Assembly: GCF_006345805.1 (NCBI RefSeq)
Contig: NC_043006.1
Span: 86,800,001 to 86,864,000 of the forward strand
DNA from: Octopus sinensis
Lineage: Eukaryota
DNA length: 64,000 nucleotides
Direction of reading: 5' to 3'
Below the pieces are notes generated by a model. That model saw only the letters and a program-made list of their open reading frames with translations. It was not told where the DNA came from and made no database searches. Of this stretch, positions 25,391-38,770 are shown one piece after another (positions within the stretch are counted from its first letter, which is position 1; every line of letters begins with the position of its first letter). The position numbers were made by a program, and so were the translations under genes.

Positions 25391-25599
25391 TTGGAACTGG
25401 TTCTTGAAGTATATACTGATGCAGGCATGCTGTGTGGTAAGAAACTTACCTCCTGATCACATGGTTCTGGGTTCAGTCCCACTGTGTGGCACTTTGGGCA
25501 AATGTCTTCATCTGTAGCCTTGGGCTGACCAAAGCCTTGTGAGTGGATTTGGTCGACAGAAACTGAAAGAAGCCTATCATATATATATGTGTGTGTCTG

Positions 25600-25667
<68 letters not shown>

Positions 25668-25744
25668 GTGTGTCTGTGTGTATATATATATGTGTGTGCG
25701 TATGTATATATATATGTGTGTGTATATATATGTGTGTGTGTGTG

Positions 25745-25775
<31 letters not shown>

Positions 25776-26116
25776 ATGTATATGTGAGTGTGTGTCCTTG
25801 TGTCTGTGTTTGTCCCCTATCACTGCTTAACAACCAGTGTTGGTATGTTTATGTCCCTGTAACTCAGCAGTTCAGCAAAAAAAGAACTCTTAGAATAAAT
25901 GGTGCTGATAGAATAAATGTCTTAAATGGTGCTCCAGCATGGCCACAATCAAATGACAGAAACAAGTAAAACAATAAAAGAATTAAGCTATAAATAATAG
26001 CTAATAAACATTGACTTGAAAAATTGATTTGGAGTGAAAAGGTTGAAGACTGACTGCCTGTAGGCATGGCATGCTATTATTTATAGTTTTATATGTACTT
26101 CAAGAACCAATTCCAA
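25391..26116. mobile_element. MITE-like element (TIR TTGGAATTGGTTCTTGAAGTA) interrupted by a SINE (~25420-25985)
   Basis: ttggaactggttcttgaagtatata at 25391; tatatgtacttcaagaaccaattccaa ending 26116; same TIR at 37428-37642. Confidence 0.6.
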
Positions 26117-28172
26117 TTAGATGGACCAAAGCCTTTTGAGTGAAATTTCTCTAATGAAAACTGCATGGGAACCTATTGAAGGGGTTGTTCTTATTCTTAA
26201 ATATGTAAACTTAATTTGCCATTTAGTTTAATGGTAGTTCCCAAGCTACAGTAGTTTTAGGTATGCTTACTTGGTCACAAATATTCAAGTCTGTTCTTAG
26301 ATATCAGTATAAATTTCTTCCAAATAGTTGCAGAGATGCTGAAAAGCATCATGGCTACCAGTTGTCATCCTCTCAGATTAGAAGTCAACTTGGTTTTCAA
26401 TTCCTCTGTGTTTTATGAAATAATTGGCTACAGTTAATCAGAGTTTTCTTTGTCAAATAGGTGGGGTAGGGTGGGGTAACTGTGATATGAAGAGAAACTG
26501 CATATCGCTGTATGAGTCTATATCCATGTCCATATTGATATTCACATTGGTTTAAAACTGATATTATTTATTTTTTTACGTATTGTTTCTCTTTGTGTTC
26601 TGTGTCTTAGTTGGTTTGACAATAGAAATTGATAAAGTAAGCGGCAGATTGAAATAAGTGCTAGGAGCAATATGATTGGCTAAAGCCTCAAAGGTGGTGC
26701 CCCAGGAAGGCCATAGCCAAATAATTGAAATGAGTAAAAGGCGCCAGAGACAACATTAAGTTGAGAGGAACATAACAATCTTTCTAGTGTTGATGCCACA
26801 TAAAAAAAAAGAAAAAGCACAGACAAACTATTCTATACACTGTAATGTAATTAGTGAATGAGCTGAGACAGAATAAAGTTGAATGGACCATTTAGTCTTG
26901 ACAAATGTTTTGTACTGGTACCACAATAAAATGCATCAGTACACACAGTATAGAGATGATAGGAGAAAGAGCATCCAGCAGTTGAAACCAAACTGAATAT
27001 GAAACATGACCAAGACATGGTTTTCTGATCCATTTGGGAGGGAAGTAACTTCCAAAATAAACTGGCTCAGAATTTGATGACCCATCCAAACCATGCCTGC
27101 ATGAACTATATATTGGCAAAGTTGTTATAACATCATTTAAAATGCCTTGTTCTAGTTGTTCCAATTCTCTGAGCTTTGAGTTCAAATCCTCCTAAACTCA
27201 ACTTTGTCCCCAATCCCATCAGAGATGATTAAAAATTACTAATCCAGAGTTTTAGATTGGTAGAACTGTTAGAAATTAATAACCAAACAGATTCAGTAAA
27301 TTACAGATACCTTGCTATCAACACCTTCATTCATAAACACACTGACTTATTTGATATAAATAACTGCGACCCCTATGAGCATGAGCCTTTAATTATTTAC
27401 CCCAGCTTGTCATTTACATCTATATTAATAAATATCTATCCATCTTTCTGAACAATGAATGTAGCTATATAGCTGAGGATGTCCTCAGCAAAGGGACAAG
27501 AAAATTGGCAAGTATTAATATCAAACAAAAAGTAACCCTAAATTTTAATATTGCTGAATTACAGAAACAAAAATGAAAAAGAAAAAAAAAAAAGAAATTT
27601 TCCACTTCCCTCTCTCATCTTTGTATTTTATTAGCTTTTCTGTTAAAAAGGGATTATGTAACACATTTAATATCACCATAGAAATTGCTCATAAATATTA
27701 ACATTACACCATCACTATCATCATAATCACTTTTTCTACCATCACCACCACAACCACCACCACCACTGCTGCCATTACCACAACGCTTGTTTGGTGTGTT
27801 TGTGAAATTGTTTTCAGAACAGGCATTTTAATAACATATTTTGAAATTTTGCGGTAAATGTTGACTGTACAGCTTGTGTAGTTACCCATTTTCTCACATC
27901 ATTGCTTTAATAATGATGAAAATAATAATTACCCTGAAAGGGTTGAAAAGATACCAAAGAAAAAAAATGAAATTTTCACTAAGGGTTGCAAAAATAAATG
28001 ACAATGCACAGCTGGAAAAAAAACAACATGTTTACAAATTATGTAGCAGGGGTGGTAAGAGGTATTATACAATGTACATAAGGAGGTATTAAGAATTTTA
28101 AAGGAGTAGAGATACATGCATACATACGCACATATGAATAAGCATAATTATACATATGTAAATATGTATATA

Positions 28173-28211
<39 letters not shown>

Positions 28212-28373
28212 GTATATATATATGTGCATGTATATATGTATATATAATATATATATATATTATATATATATATATATATTATATATATATGTACGTATAT
28301 ATATATGTGCATGTATATATGTATATATATATATATATTATATATATATATATATATAATATATATATATGCA

Positions 28374-28505
<132 letters not shown>

Positions 28506-28892
28506 TACAAATACATAGGCACACACACATTTATGTCTTTGTTTTGCAAGATTCTAGATGTGAAATTGAGTGCTGCAACAGATGTTGTTATACTTGGGAT
28601 GGTCCTCTTTAGCCAATGAAACACACTGACTATTTATTTGATATTCACTTCAGTTTTGTTAAATTAATTTTACCTTATTTGTCACATTCTGTGACCACTT
28701 CAGTGACTCTCTGTCCCATGTGTCTCATCTTGCCCTGCCTGTTCCTCAACATAATAAAGCTAAAGTGGAGAACAAATAAATATTTTGTGTGTTTGCTGGC
28801 AAAAGATGACAATCCCCAAGCATAAAAATACATACTCACACACATATATATATACAGATACATGCACACATAAATATATACATATACATATA

Positions 28893-28956
<64 letters not shown>

Positions 28957-28957
28957 G

Positions 28958-28992
<35 letters not shown>

Positions 28993-29046
28993 GTATCTGT
29001 CTGTCTGTCTCTCTATCTATCTATCTTATGTATGTATGTATGTATC

Positions 29047-29082
<36 letters not shown>

Positions 29083-29083
<1 letters not shown>

Positions 29084-29490
29084 CATCATCATCGTTTAAC
29101 ATCCGTTTTCCGTGCTAGCATAGGTTGGATGGTTCGACCGGGGTCTGGGAAGCCAGGAGGCTGCACCAGGCTCCAGTCCGATCTGGACTACAGCTGGATG
29201 CCCATCCTAATGCCAACCACTCCGTGAGTGTAGTGGGTGCTTTTAACGTGCCACCGGCACGGAAGCCAGTCAAGGCAGCGCTGGCATCGGCCACGTTTGG
29301 ATGGTGCTTTTTATGTGCCACCGGCACAGAAGCCAGTCAAGGCGGCGCTGGCATCGGCCACGTTTGGATGGTGCTTTTTATGTGCCACCGGCACAGGTAT
29401 CACAACTACTATTTCCATTGATATTTATTTCGATGTTCATGTACTTGACTCAATAGGTCTCCTCAAGCACAGCGGGTTGTTCTGAAATCC
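29083..29490 (-). mobile_element. RTE-tail type retroposon with two near-identical ~62-bp subrepeats
   Basis: Same family as 8547-9328. Confidence 0.8.
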
Positions 29491-29499
29491 AAATATATG

Positions 29500-29560
<61 letters not shown>

Positions 29561-29561
29561 A

Positions 29562-29804
29562 CTTAAAATATTGCAGCAAAGAATGCCAGTTCTTCTAATT
29601 TATCACTCTTTAAATTTCTCATCCTTTAAATTTATTGTACAAAGCTGTTCAGCTAATTTCTAAGTTTGTTTAGTTAATCACTTTTTTCTGTATTTAAGGT
29701 AGTAAATTAGCCAAATTCTACTTAAATAAGTATATAGTTATTTGTAAACTATAATAAAATAAGTTTTAATATTCAAATTTTAATTTTAGCTGCAATATTT
29801 TAAG
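29562..29804. mobile_element. Candidate Tc1/mariner-type MITE
   Basis: 16-bp TIR cttaaaatattgcagc / gctgcaatattttaag with TA on both flanks; AT-rich interior. Confidence 0.55.
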
Positions 29805-30719
29805 TAAAAAGTTTCTTAATCTTTACTTTACTGGAAGTAATAGCTTATCCTATACTTTTACAGGTGTAATAACTTGTCCTGTACTATTCCAGGTTTGTAA
29901 TCTTAAGAATATTACTTTGCATGCTTGCATTTTTCCATGTAATCCATGATTTTTCCAGGCATTGCTGTTATAAGATAATTAAGATAATTAATAATGTGTC
30001 AATTAATAATTTAAGATTTTACCTTTTAAAATACTGAAAGATAATATTTCAATTTTTCCATGTAAGTGATGATAATATTTCAAATTTTCATGTTTAATTT
30101 AAATATATGTTGTGATTGAATTATTTGATATTACCCATCCACACCAAATTAATGGCAGGGATTTTTACCATGTTGTTGGTTGCACCATGGCTCACCATAA
30201 GTTACAAACAACAAGACCCCAAAACCATCAGTTACCAGGCTCACCATAAGTAACCTAATTTTGCAATATTAAGAGGTCACATGAATTCATTCAATGAAAA
30301 AAAATTTCTAATGATTCCAGGATTGAGCCTCCCCACCCACATCATTTTTTCCAAACCGAAATAAGGGATTTGCAGCATATTAGGAGGTCAGAGTACTTAA
30401 TTCTATGCAAAAAATAAAATTTTTTGTTTTTTATTTCAGATGTTAATGTAAAAATTTACCATAATGTTGTTGTGCAGCCTCAAATCAACCCTGATACTGC
30501 TAACTGATCATCAAAGGTATTCCAGCCTTCAGCAAACCGTCTTTTTGGGGATAATCTAGGATATTGCATCCAATGTGTGTGATTTAGGTAGGGGGATACT
30601 TTGGCTGCTATTTTCAGCGTGTCGAGCAACCAGATAGAGGCTCTTTCATTGGTTCAATTGCGTGATGAGATTTTTTTACACATATATGTAATATGTAAAT
30701 ACACATACACACACATGTA

Positions 30720-31137
30720 TACTCTTTTACTCTCTTTTACTTGTTTCAGTCATTTGACTGCGGCCATGCTGGAGCACCACCTTTAGTCGAGCAAATCGAC
30801 CCCGGGACTTATTCTTTGTAAGCCCAGTACTTATTCTATCGGTCTATTTTGCCGAACTGCTAAGTGACGGGGACGTAAACACACCAGCATCGGTTGTCAA
30901 GCAATGCTAGGGGGACAAACACAGACACACAAACATATACACACACACTTATATATATATATACATATATACGACAGGCTTCTTTCAGTTTCCGTCTACC
31001 AAATCCACTAACAAGGCATTGGTCGGTCCGGGGCTATAGCAGAAGACACTTGCCCAAGATGCCACGCAGTGGGACTGAACCCGGAACCATGTGGTTGGTT
31101 AGCAAGCTACTTACCACACAGCCACTCCTGCGCCTAT
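30720..31137 (-). mobile_element. tRNA-derived SINE, near full length
   Basis: Minus-strand head ggcgcaggagtggctgtgtggtaag...ggttcagtccc (A/B boxes), internal TA/TG microsatellite, gagtaaaa tail; matches 34569-35015. Confidence 0.9.
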
Positions 31138-32086
31138 GTAAACATATATATATATATATATATATATATCATCAACAAAAGTTAGAGAGTAAGTCAAAAG
31201 CTGAGAGTTTTGTATATTGGCAATTATTCAAAATTTTGTCAAAAATGTTAAGAGTAAACCCTGCTCTATGTGACACATTTTACCATTATCAGAAGTTTGG
31301 GAGTGTTTAGTGAAAAAAAAAAATTAATTAAATAATCTGTACATCTAATTGAATAGATCTGAAATGGATGAAAGTCAAAGTTGACCTCAGCAGAATTTGA
31401 ACACAAAATGTAAAGACAGATGAAATACCACTTCTGAAATACAAAATTTTGTCAAAAACGTTCAGAGTAAAACCTGTTCTATGTGATACATTCTACCAGT
31501 ATTGGAAGTTTGAAAGTGTTTAGTTGAAAAAGATTAATGAAATAATCCGTACGTCAAAGTTGACCTCAGCGAAATTTGAACTCAAAACATATAGGCAGAC
31601 GATATACCATTAAGCATTTCACCCAGTCGGCTAACGTTTCTGCCAGCTCGCCACCTTTGAATGTAAACATTCATTTTAGAAATATTACTTAAGCCTTACT
31701 TCCTTACGGCCCTAAAGTTTTGTAACATTTTACCTCATAACTCTTTTTCTACTAATTTTTGTTCAATGCAACTAGCGATTCTGAATAAGAAAAGTATACT
31801 TTTAATTTAAAATTAAAAAATTTATGTTAATTGAAGATGAATATCTGCCTTACTGCTCGCCTTGAGGTCACAGATATTTTGATGTAACTTATTTTCTACT
31901 GAACCAGATCTCAAACTATTTATGCCAAATTGTAGCTGAGGAGGTGTCCTCTTTAAGACTGTTAACAGTTTGCAATTTAGTTGAGAACTGAATTAGTGGT
32001 GAAGCTTGGAAGCTGCTGCAGTTGACAAAATGGTGGACTTAAGAATATATTCAACCACGGTAGTGGTTGAATTATGTACATACATA

Positions 32087-32132
<46 letters not shown>

Positions 32133-32319
32133 GTTCACATATATACACACACATATACATGTATACAAAATAAACTGGCTCAGAATTTGATGACCCATCC
32201 AAACCATGCCTGCAGAGTTGTTATAACATCATTTAAAATGCCTTGTTCTAGTTGTTCCAATTCTCTAAGCTTTGAGTTCAAATCCTCCTAAACTTAACTT
32301 GTATACATATATGTATGAC

Positions 32320-34195
32320 CGCATGATACCCACAAGGCTATGATGAATTAAATAATTTACATATGGCTATGTTAAAGCACAAGCGTTCTCAAAGGCATAT
32401 AAAATCTTTGATAGATCTTAAAATATTCGAGAATGTTTGCATAGACTTACAATTAGATGCATGTAAAAATCAAAGCATACAACATCATAATGAGAAAGTC
32501 AGACGAAACAGATCCATTCTGCAATGATTGATCGATGTTGTTATTTTTTTAGGCTTCCAGGAATTATCGTTTTGGGGTCATTTTGAATCTGAAGGCTCTA
32601 ATAATAGTGGAAATTATAAAGAACTCATATATGTAAATGGAAAGTTATCTAGATACAGCTTCTATCTTCACCGGTCTGTCAAACAGAATTCCAAATGACT
32701 TGATCGATGCAATTCATGAAGTTATGTTGAATGAGATGCAAAAGGAAATCGAGCAAGCTAAGTTTGTTTCTATTTTTGTTGATGGGACATCTGATGCCTC
32801 AGCATATTAACAACTGTCAACAGTTTTACGTTATGTTACAGAAGACTGTGCAACGAAAGAACGATTTATCGGTTTTAGTGATGTTAGTGAAGATCGATCT
32901 GCAAATGCTTTATCTGAACATGTTTTTAAATGCATTGAGACGTGGGAATGTGGAAACAAATTGATTGCACAGACATATGATGGTGCCACTACAATGGTAG
33001 GACAACTAAATGGGTTACAGGCAAAAGTAAGAAAGAAATATGAATGTGCGATCTTTATTCATTGTTGTGCCCATATCCTAAATTTAGTTCTTTCACAATC
33101 ATGCTCTGCTATGAAAGAATGCAAGATATTATTTTGTACAATAAACGGACTGAGTACATTTTTTATGAAATCACCAAAAAGGGCTAATGCATTAGATAAC
33201 ATTGTTAAAAAAAAGATTTCCGAAGGCAACAGCAATGGAATTACTTCTCACGGCTTATTATTACCACAAAGGAAAATTATAATTTCATAATCAGCCTTTT
33301 TGAGCACATCATTGAAAATCCTGAAGCATGGGATGATACCACCATAAATTCAGCAATTGGATTCTTACACACTTTAAAAGTTCCTGATTTCTTATTTTTG
33401 TTCAGTATTCAGTGAGATTTTTTCTTTTACTGACATCTTATTTAACATCCTCCAGAGTAAAAATCATGACATAGTGTATTGTAAAGAGCAAACAGATAAA
33501 ACTAGAACTGTATTCGAAAACAAACTTGATAATTTTTCAATCTTTTATATGTTAGGGGAAAAATATGGAGTCGATGCAGAAATTGGAATTCAGAGACCCA
33601 AGAATATATCTATTGAGCCCCAACGACATTATAAAATGCTTTATAACAAAATTATCAGTACAATAGTTGACCAAATAAAAGCACGATATTCATTCTTAGA
33701 AGAGTTTAAATTCATGGAACTTTCGAATTTCAACAAATTTGATGAGTATTGCAAATAATTTAAAAATCATGGGTACTATTTAAGAAGAGTGGTCCCGGTG
33801 CACGCACCCAAGCATCCCACGCCAGCTAGTCGTGACTAGTCGATCCTTACTTTGTGTTTTATTTATTTTATTTAAAACATTATTTACTTTGTGTTTTTGT
33901 GTTTTATATATTTTGTTTAAAAAATTTATTTACTTTGTTAGATAGTCGTAGGATTGACTAGTCACGACTAGCCAGGGCAGATGCGTGAGCACACGCAACA
34001 GGACCACTCTTCTTAAATAGTACCAGGGCGAGGTTTTTTTTTATTCTAGGTCATACGGGGGTGATTGCATATTCAGAATCTCCCATATGTAAATCATAGG
34101 AATTCGAAAATTTTATAACTGAAAAATTGCCGGGGGTGGGGTGGGGCAAAGAAATTCATTGCATGCCCAACCCTGGAAGTCACTGCACGCCACTG
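32320..34195 (+). mobile_element. hAT-superfamily DNA transposon remnant (ZMYM1-like transposase), 5'-truncated
   Basis: FVSIFVDGTSD, ERFIGF, AQTYDGATTMVG, FIHCCAHILNLVL; stops and frameshifts; right end cactgcacgccactg (reverse complement CAGTGGCG..., hAT-type terminus). Confidence 0.9.
33772..34024. mobile_element. MITE with ~70-bp imperfect TIRs nested in the hAT element
   Basis: ggtactatttaagaagagtggtcc...ctagtcgtgactagtc versus gactagtcacgactag...ggaccactcttcttaaatagtacc. Confidence 0.85.
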
Positions 34196-34227
34196 ATATA
34201 TATATATACATACATTCATACCTTTGC

Positions 34228-34413
34228 CATGATAGATTGCTAGCCACAACACTTTCTTTATTTTCTCTCCTTGTTTCTTTCTGTGTTCCTTTCTGTGGAA
34301 GACTGTAGGCTCGAAACATTAAAGACTTTTTCACTTCCTGAGCATTATACTAATACATCTGTTTGTTGTCTACACCACCTGACTTTGTCTTTTGTTTTGT
34401 GAATCCTCCCCGT
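34228..34413 (+). mobile_element. Second copy of the short pLTR-like element with a decayed minimal HHR
   Basis: CTGTGGA-A-GACT gtag GCTC-GAAA-CATT-AAAGA at 34293-34325; TA tracts on both sides. Confidence 0.65.
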
Positions 34414-34568
34414 ATATATATACATACACATATAATTTAAATATATATATATTTATATATACATACATATATACACACACACATGCATTGATTTGTGCAT
34501 ATACATACACATACACACTCACTGTACACACATGCCCACACATACACAGACATGTTTGCATGGACGCA

Positions 34569-34736
34569 ATAGGTGCAGGAGTGGCTGTGTGGTAAGTAGC
34601 TTGCTTACCAACCACATGGTTCCAGGTTCAGTCCCACTGTGTGGCATCTTGGGTAAGTGTCTTCTACTATACCCTCGGGCCGACCAAAGCCTTGTGAGTG
34701 GATTTGGTAGACGGAAACTGAAAGAAGCCCGTCGTA

Positions 34737-34787
<51 letters not shown>

Positions 34788-35015
34788 ATATATGTTTGTG
34801 TGTCTGTGTTTGTCCCCCCAGCATCGCTTGACAACCGATGCTGTTGTGTTTATGTCCCCATAACTTAGCAGTTTGGCAAAAGAGACTGATAGAATAAGTA
34901 CTAGGCTTATAAAGAATAAGTCCCGGAGTTGATTTGCTTGACTAAAGGCAGTGCTCCAGCATGGCTGCAGTCATATGACTGAAACAAGTAAAGGAGAAAG
35001 GAGTAAAGGAGTAAT
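34569..35015 (+). mobile_element. tRNA-derived SINE, near full length
   Basis: A/B-box head, internal microsatellite, ggagtaaa tail; other copies at 43575-43950 and 61450-61800. Confidence 0.9.
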
Positions 35016-35049
35016 ATTTAAAAAAGATTTAATTTGAAGAAATAAAACA

Positions 35050-36700
35050 TGAAAGATTTACAAGCTAAGCTGAGTTAAGGTTCTCCACTTAGTTCCGTTC
35101 ACTATACCATTTCCAAAATTGTATTCAAGTGCAATTGAATACACCAGTAAGCATTTTTGTGACAGTGTTAAAATCACCAACATCTTAGTAGTATTCACTT
35201 AAATTTAGGAATAATGTCTTAATGCTAGTGAACCATTCATTGTAGTTTGTCTAAATTCTGACCCTAACAGTTTTTGTGGGATTACAATTTCTTCAAAGTC
35301 TGTAAACCTTAGAGATATGTAATTCTTTCTGTCAACCATTTGTTTGGTTTTTGAAGAATGGTGAATCTTAGTTCACTTTTGTTCTTTTAATTTTCTTTGA
35401 TATTTCTTTGAGGAAAGATTTTGTTGTCGTTTAGAAGAAATTGTTTTTTTTTCACTTGTTTTTGTTGTTATATGTCAAGTTTTCATTTCCTATGATATTT
35501 TTCTCTTTTCCCTGGTCTTATTTTCAAGCATTTAGGAATTTTCATGTGTAATTATCACTAACACATCACTCAATGAATGTGTGGTACCAGAGGTTGGTAC
35601 TGTTTGGAGATGAGCCATTTGATCATCAATTTGTGATGCAAGTCCTAAGATATTCTCCTTACAATTTCTAGTGTTTGGTCTGAGGCGGGGGTGATCTAAA
35701 AATGTGGTTTGTTGTTATTTTTGCTGTCTATTACTTTTGCTTACTCTGTTTTTATTTAATCTGTTTTTGCTTAATCCTCCCAGTTCTAGGTATTCAGATA
35801 TTAGGTATGTTTTACTCCCCAAAAGTGTAACAGCCAGGTTTTCTACTCCATATCATCAACCTTATGCCCTTTGAATCAACACCTTCTACTGAGCACAATT
35901 CTGGTATGGGGTCATTAGGAGCTGCAAGTCTATTTTAACCAAAGCTCACTATCTGATTGCTCACCCACCCTGTAACACAGAATGTACCACTAGCCATATG
36001 TCTACACCATGTCCAATGTTGCTTACAGTGGGTCTGGTGTCCTTTGATCCATATATTTGGTCATAAATGTACAGCTAGAGGTATGTTTGACAATTTCAAT
36101 CAATATTTTGCCTGTCTTCAGTTTTAATGGTATAACATTTTTCATTTGAGATAATTTCTCCCAATATGATCAGAAAGCTTGTCGTACTACTTGATATCAT
36201 GGAAAATTTAATCCGCTTCCACTTTTTCAAAAGCAGTGATATATAATTCCTCTCTTCATTTTCCCCTGGATAATCTCCTCAGACAAAAAAATGTTGATAG
36301 GATTTACAAAGTTCTTCCGTATTATACTTGCAACTGTGATAGGTCCAAAAATTCTGTCCATTAAACACAGAGAGGCTTTTTTCATAAGAGATACTACATG
36401 AATGGACAACAATAACTGGATTCATGTAAGAGTTATTATGTTATTATTGTTGTTATTCATGTCACTCACTTTCAAATTAATAATTTGAATAGGGACAATT
36501 TCATCTGTTAACTGCTCACTATACTATTCATTTTCTTATTTCTTTTGTAAATCTAGTTGTGTTGATTCTTGTGTTTCTACTATTTTAGCTAGCATAGTTT
36601 TTTTTATTTTGTCATGTGGCGTATATGTGGTAGCTATTTTAGAAGTAAAAAGTTTGTAAAACAAACCATTTTCTTGATATCACCTATTAACTGTCAAGGT
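35050..36700 (-). mobile_element. Possible heavily decayed LINE 5' portion (ORF1 plus endonuclease)
   Basis: A-rich minus strand, CYRVG knuckle-like remnant near 35970, VGDFN near 35167-35181; many stops. Confidence 0.3.
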
Positions 36701-36856
36701 CAGATCCCCATCAATCCTAAGGCAATTATGATTTTTTTTTCCCCGAGTAATTCAAAGAAAATTTCATTTGGTAATGCTTGAATAAAAAATGTTTTGAAGG
36801 AAAAAGCAAAAACCATCTCTTCACTCTGTAATAATGATAATAATAATAATAATAAT

Positions 36857-37345
36857 ATGAAAAAATGGTATGACCATAAAACAGAGCACATTCTTGAATA
36901 TGACCATGCAAGAAAATATTACGGGATGTGAAACTTCAAAAGGTTAAGCAAACAGAACATTCCTGACCAGATAGTGTTGAACTCAATAAAGAAGAAAGTG
37001 TGTATAGCTTAATTGATGCCGCATGCTTGTTTGATAGAAGAGTAGCAGAAAAAGAATGTGAGGAAATAGAAAATTATCAGGATCTAAATTATGAACTTCA
37101 AAGGCGCTCAAATTGCTGCAAAGGTATCATTATTCCGGTTGTAAAAGGATTCTTAGGAACAGTTCCAAGAAGTTTGAATGATTAGTTGAGGGTTTTGGAA
37201 ATCAAGATGAATTTTCTGATTCTACAGAAAGCCTATAAGCTTGGCACAGCAAGAACTATAAGATAGGTGTTTAATTCATAACATTGCAGGATTTGGCTTG
37301 ATGTTTAACAATCCAATGAAGTGTTGAGCAAATGAAAGAAGAAGA
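36857..37345 (+). mobile_element. 5'-truncated R4/Dong-type non-LTR element (restriction-like endonuclease domain)
   Basis: KWYDH, PD...LIDAACLFDRRVAEKECEEIENYQDL, IPVVKGFLGTV, LQKAYKLGTARTIR; (TAA)n at the 5' junction and CAA/CAT/TAA repeats at the 3' end. Confidence 0.85.
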
Positions 37346-37387
37346 AACAACAACAACAACAACATCATCATCATCATCATCATCATC

Positions 37388-37420
<33 letters not shown>

Positions 37421-37427
37421 TGTTTTT

Positions 37428-37578
37428 TTGGAATTGGTTCTTGAAGTACATATAAAGCTATAGATAATAACATTTCATGTCTACTGGAGATGGGTTCAAA
37501 TGCCATGGGATGCCAGCCTTCAACGTTTTCTATCCAAAAGGGTTTTTCAAGTCAATACATACTTGCAATTATATATGT

Positions 37579-37627
<49 letters not shown>

Positions 37628-37642
37628 TTCAAGAACCAATTC
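37428..37642. mobile_element. MITE-like element, same TIR family as 25391-26116
   Basis: ttggaattggttcttgaagtacatataa ... tatatgtactt[(TA)n]tacttcaagaaccaattc. Confidence 0.6.
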
Positions 37643-38049
37643 AGGAGATGGAAGAGTGTGTAACAAAAGATTTCCAGACAATGGACAAAATGAGAAAAAT
37701 CATGAGTGAAGAATGAATATATAGTGCGTGCGTTTCATTGGCAACAAAAAAAAATTACCATCCTAAAATACGACAATAAATTATTCCTTGTTCTCTTGAG
37801 AGTTTATAAATTCTTATGGTGTTGATAACAACAACCACTACTACTACTACTATTATTACTACTACTTTGCTGACTAGAATAGTCTAAATATATAATGTAT
37901 GATGTGTCATGCAACCATCAACTGATTATTTGACTGGTACTTATTCTATTGGCCTCGGTGACATTTGGACTAAGAATTTTAAAAGCTGGTAAAAATTCTT
38001 CAAGACATTTTGTATTTTGCTCTAATGATTCTGCTAATCCAATTCAATA

Positions 38050-38267
38050 ATAATGGTTTCAAATTTTGGCATAAGGTCAGCAATTTGGGGGGAGGAGTAA
38101 GTCAATTACATTGGCCCCGGTGCTCAACTGGTACTTTTCCTTATCAACCCCATTGGGATGAAAGGCAAAGTTGATCTCGGTGGAATTTGAACTCAGAAGA
38201 CGGACAAAATGCTGCTAAGCATTTTTCTGGCATGCTAACAATTCTGCCAGCTCATTATCCTTAATTC

Positions 38268-38317
<50 letters not shown>

Positions 38318-38770
38318 TAATAATAATGATAATAATTATTCTAATTTTCATACAAGGCCAGCAATCTTGAGGAGAGGAGGAAGTTGATTACATCAACTAC
38401 AGGGCTCAATTGGTAATTATTTTATTAACCCTGAAAAGATGTGAGGCAAAGTCAACCTTGGCAGTATTTGAATTCAGAATACAAAGAGTCAAAAAAAAAT
38501 ACTGCAAAGTGTTTTGTCCAATGCAGTAATGATTTTACCACCTTTCTACCTCAGTAGTAATAACCCTTTCTACTATAGGCAAAAAGCCTGAAGTTTTGTG
38601 GGAGGAAGCTAGTTGATTACATTGGGCCCTATGTTCAACTGGCATTTATTGTATCGAACCCAAAAGATGAAAGGCAAAGCTGACTTCAGAAGAATTTGAA
38701 CTCAGAATATAAAAATTGGATGAATTGCTGCTGAGGATTTTGATCAACATACCTACAATTCTAATAATAA
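38050..38770 (-). mobile_element. Head-to-tail array of three SINEs separated by (AAT)n
   Basis: Reverse-complement equivalent of the 17885-18720 array. Confidence 0.75.

Noticed and set aside
27780-27935. Minus-strand acceptor followed by GGT, a candidate next aminopeptidase exon
   Set aside because: Reads GNYYFHHY-stop with no M1 similarity
30720-31137. tRNA-like A/B boxes
   Set aside because: SINE heads; no cloverleaf, so not called as tRNA genes
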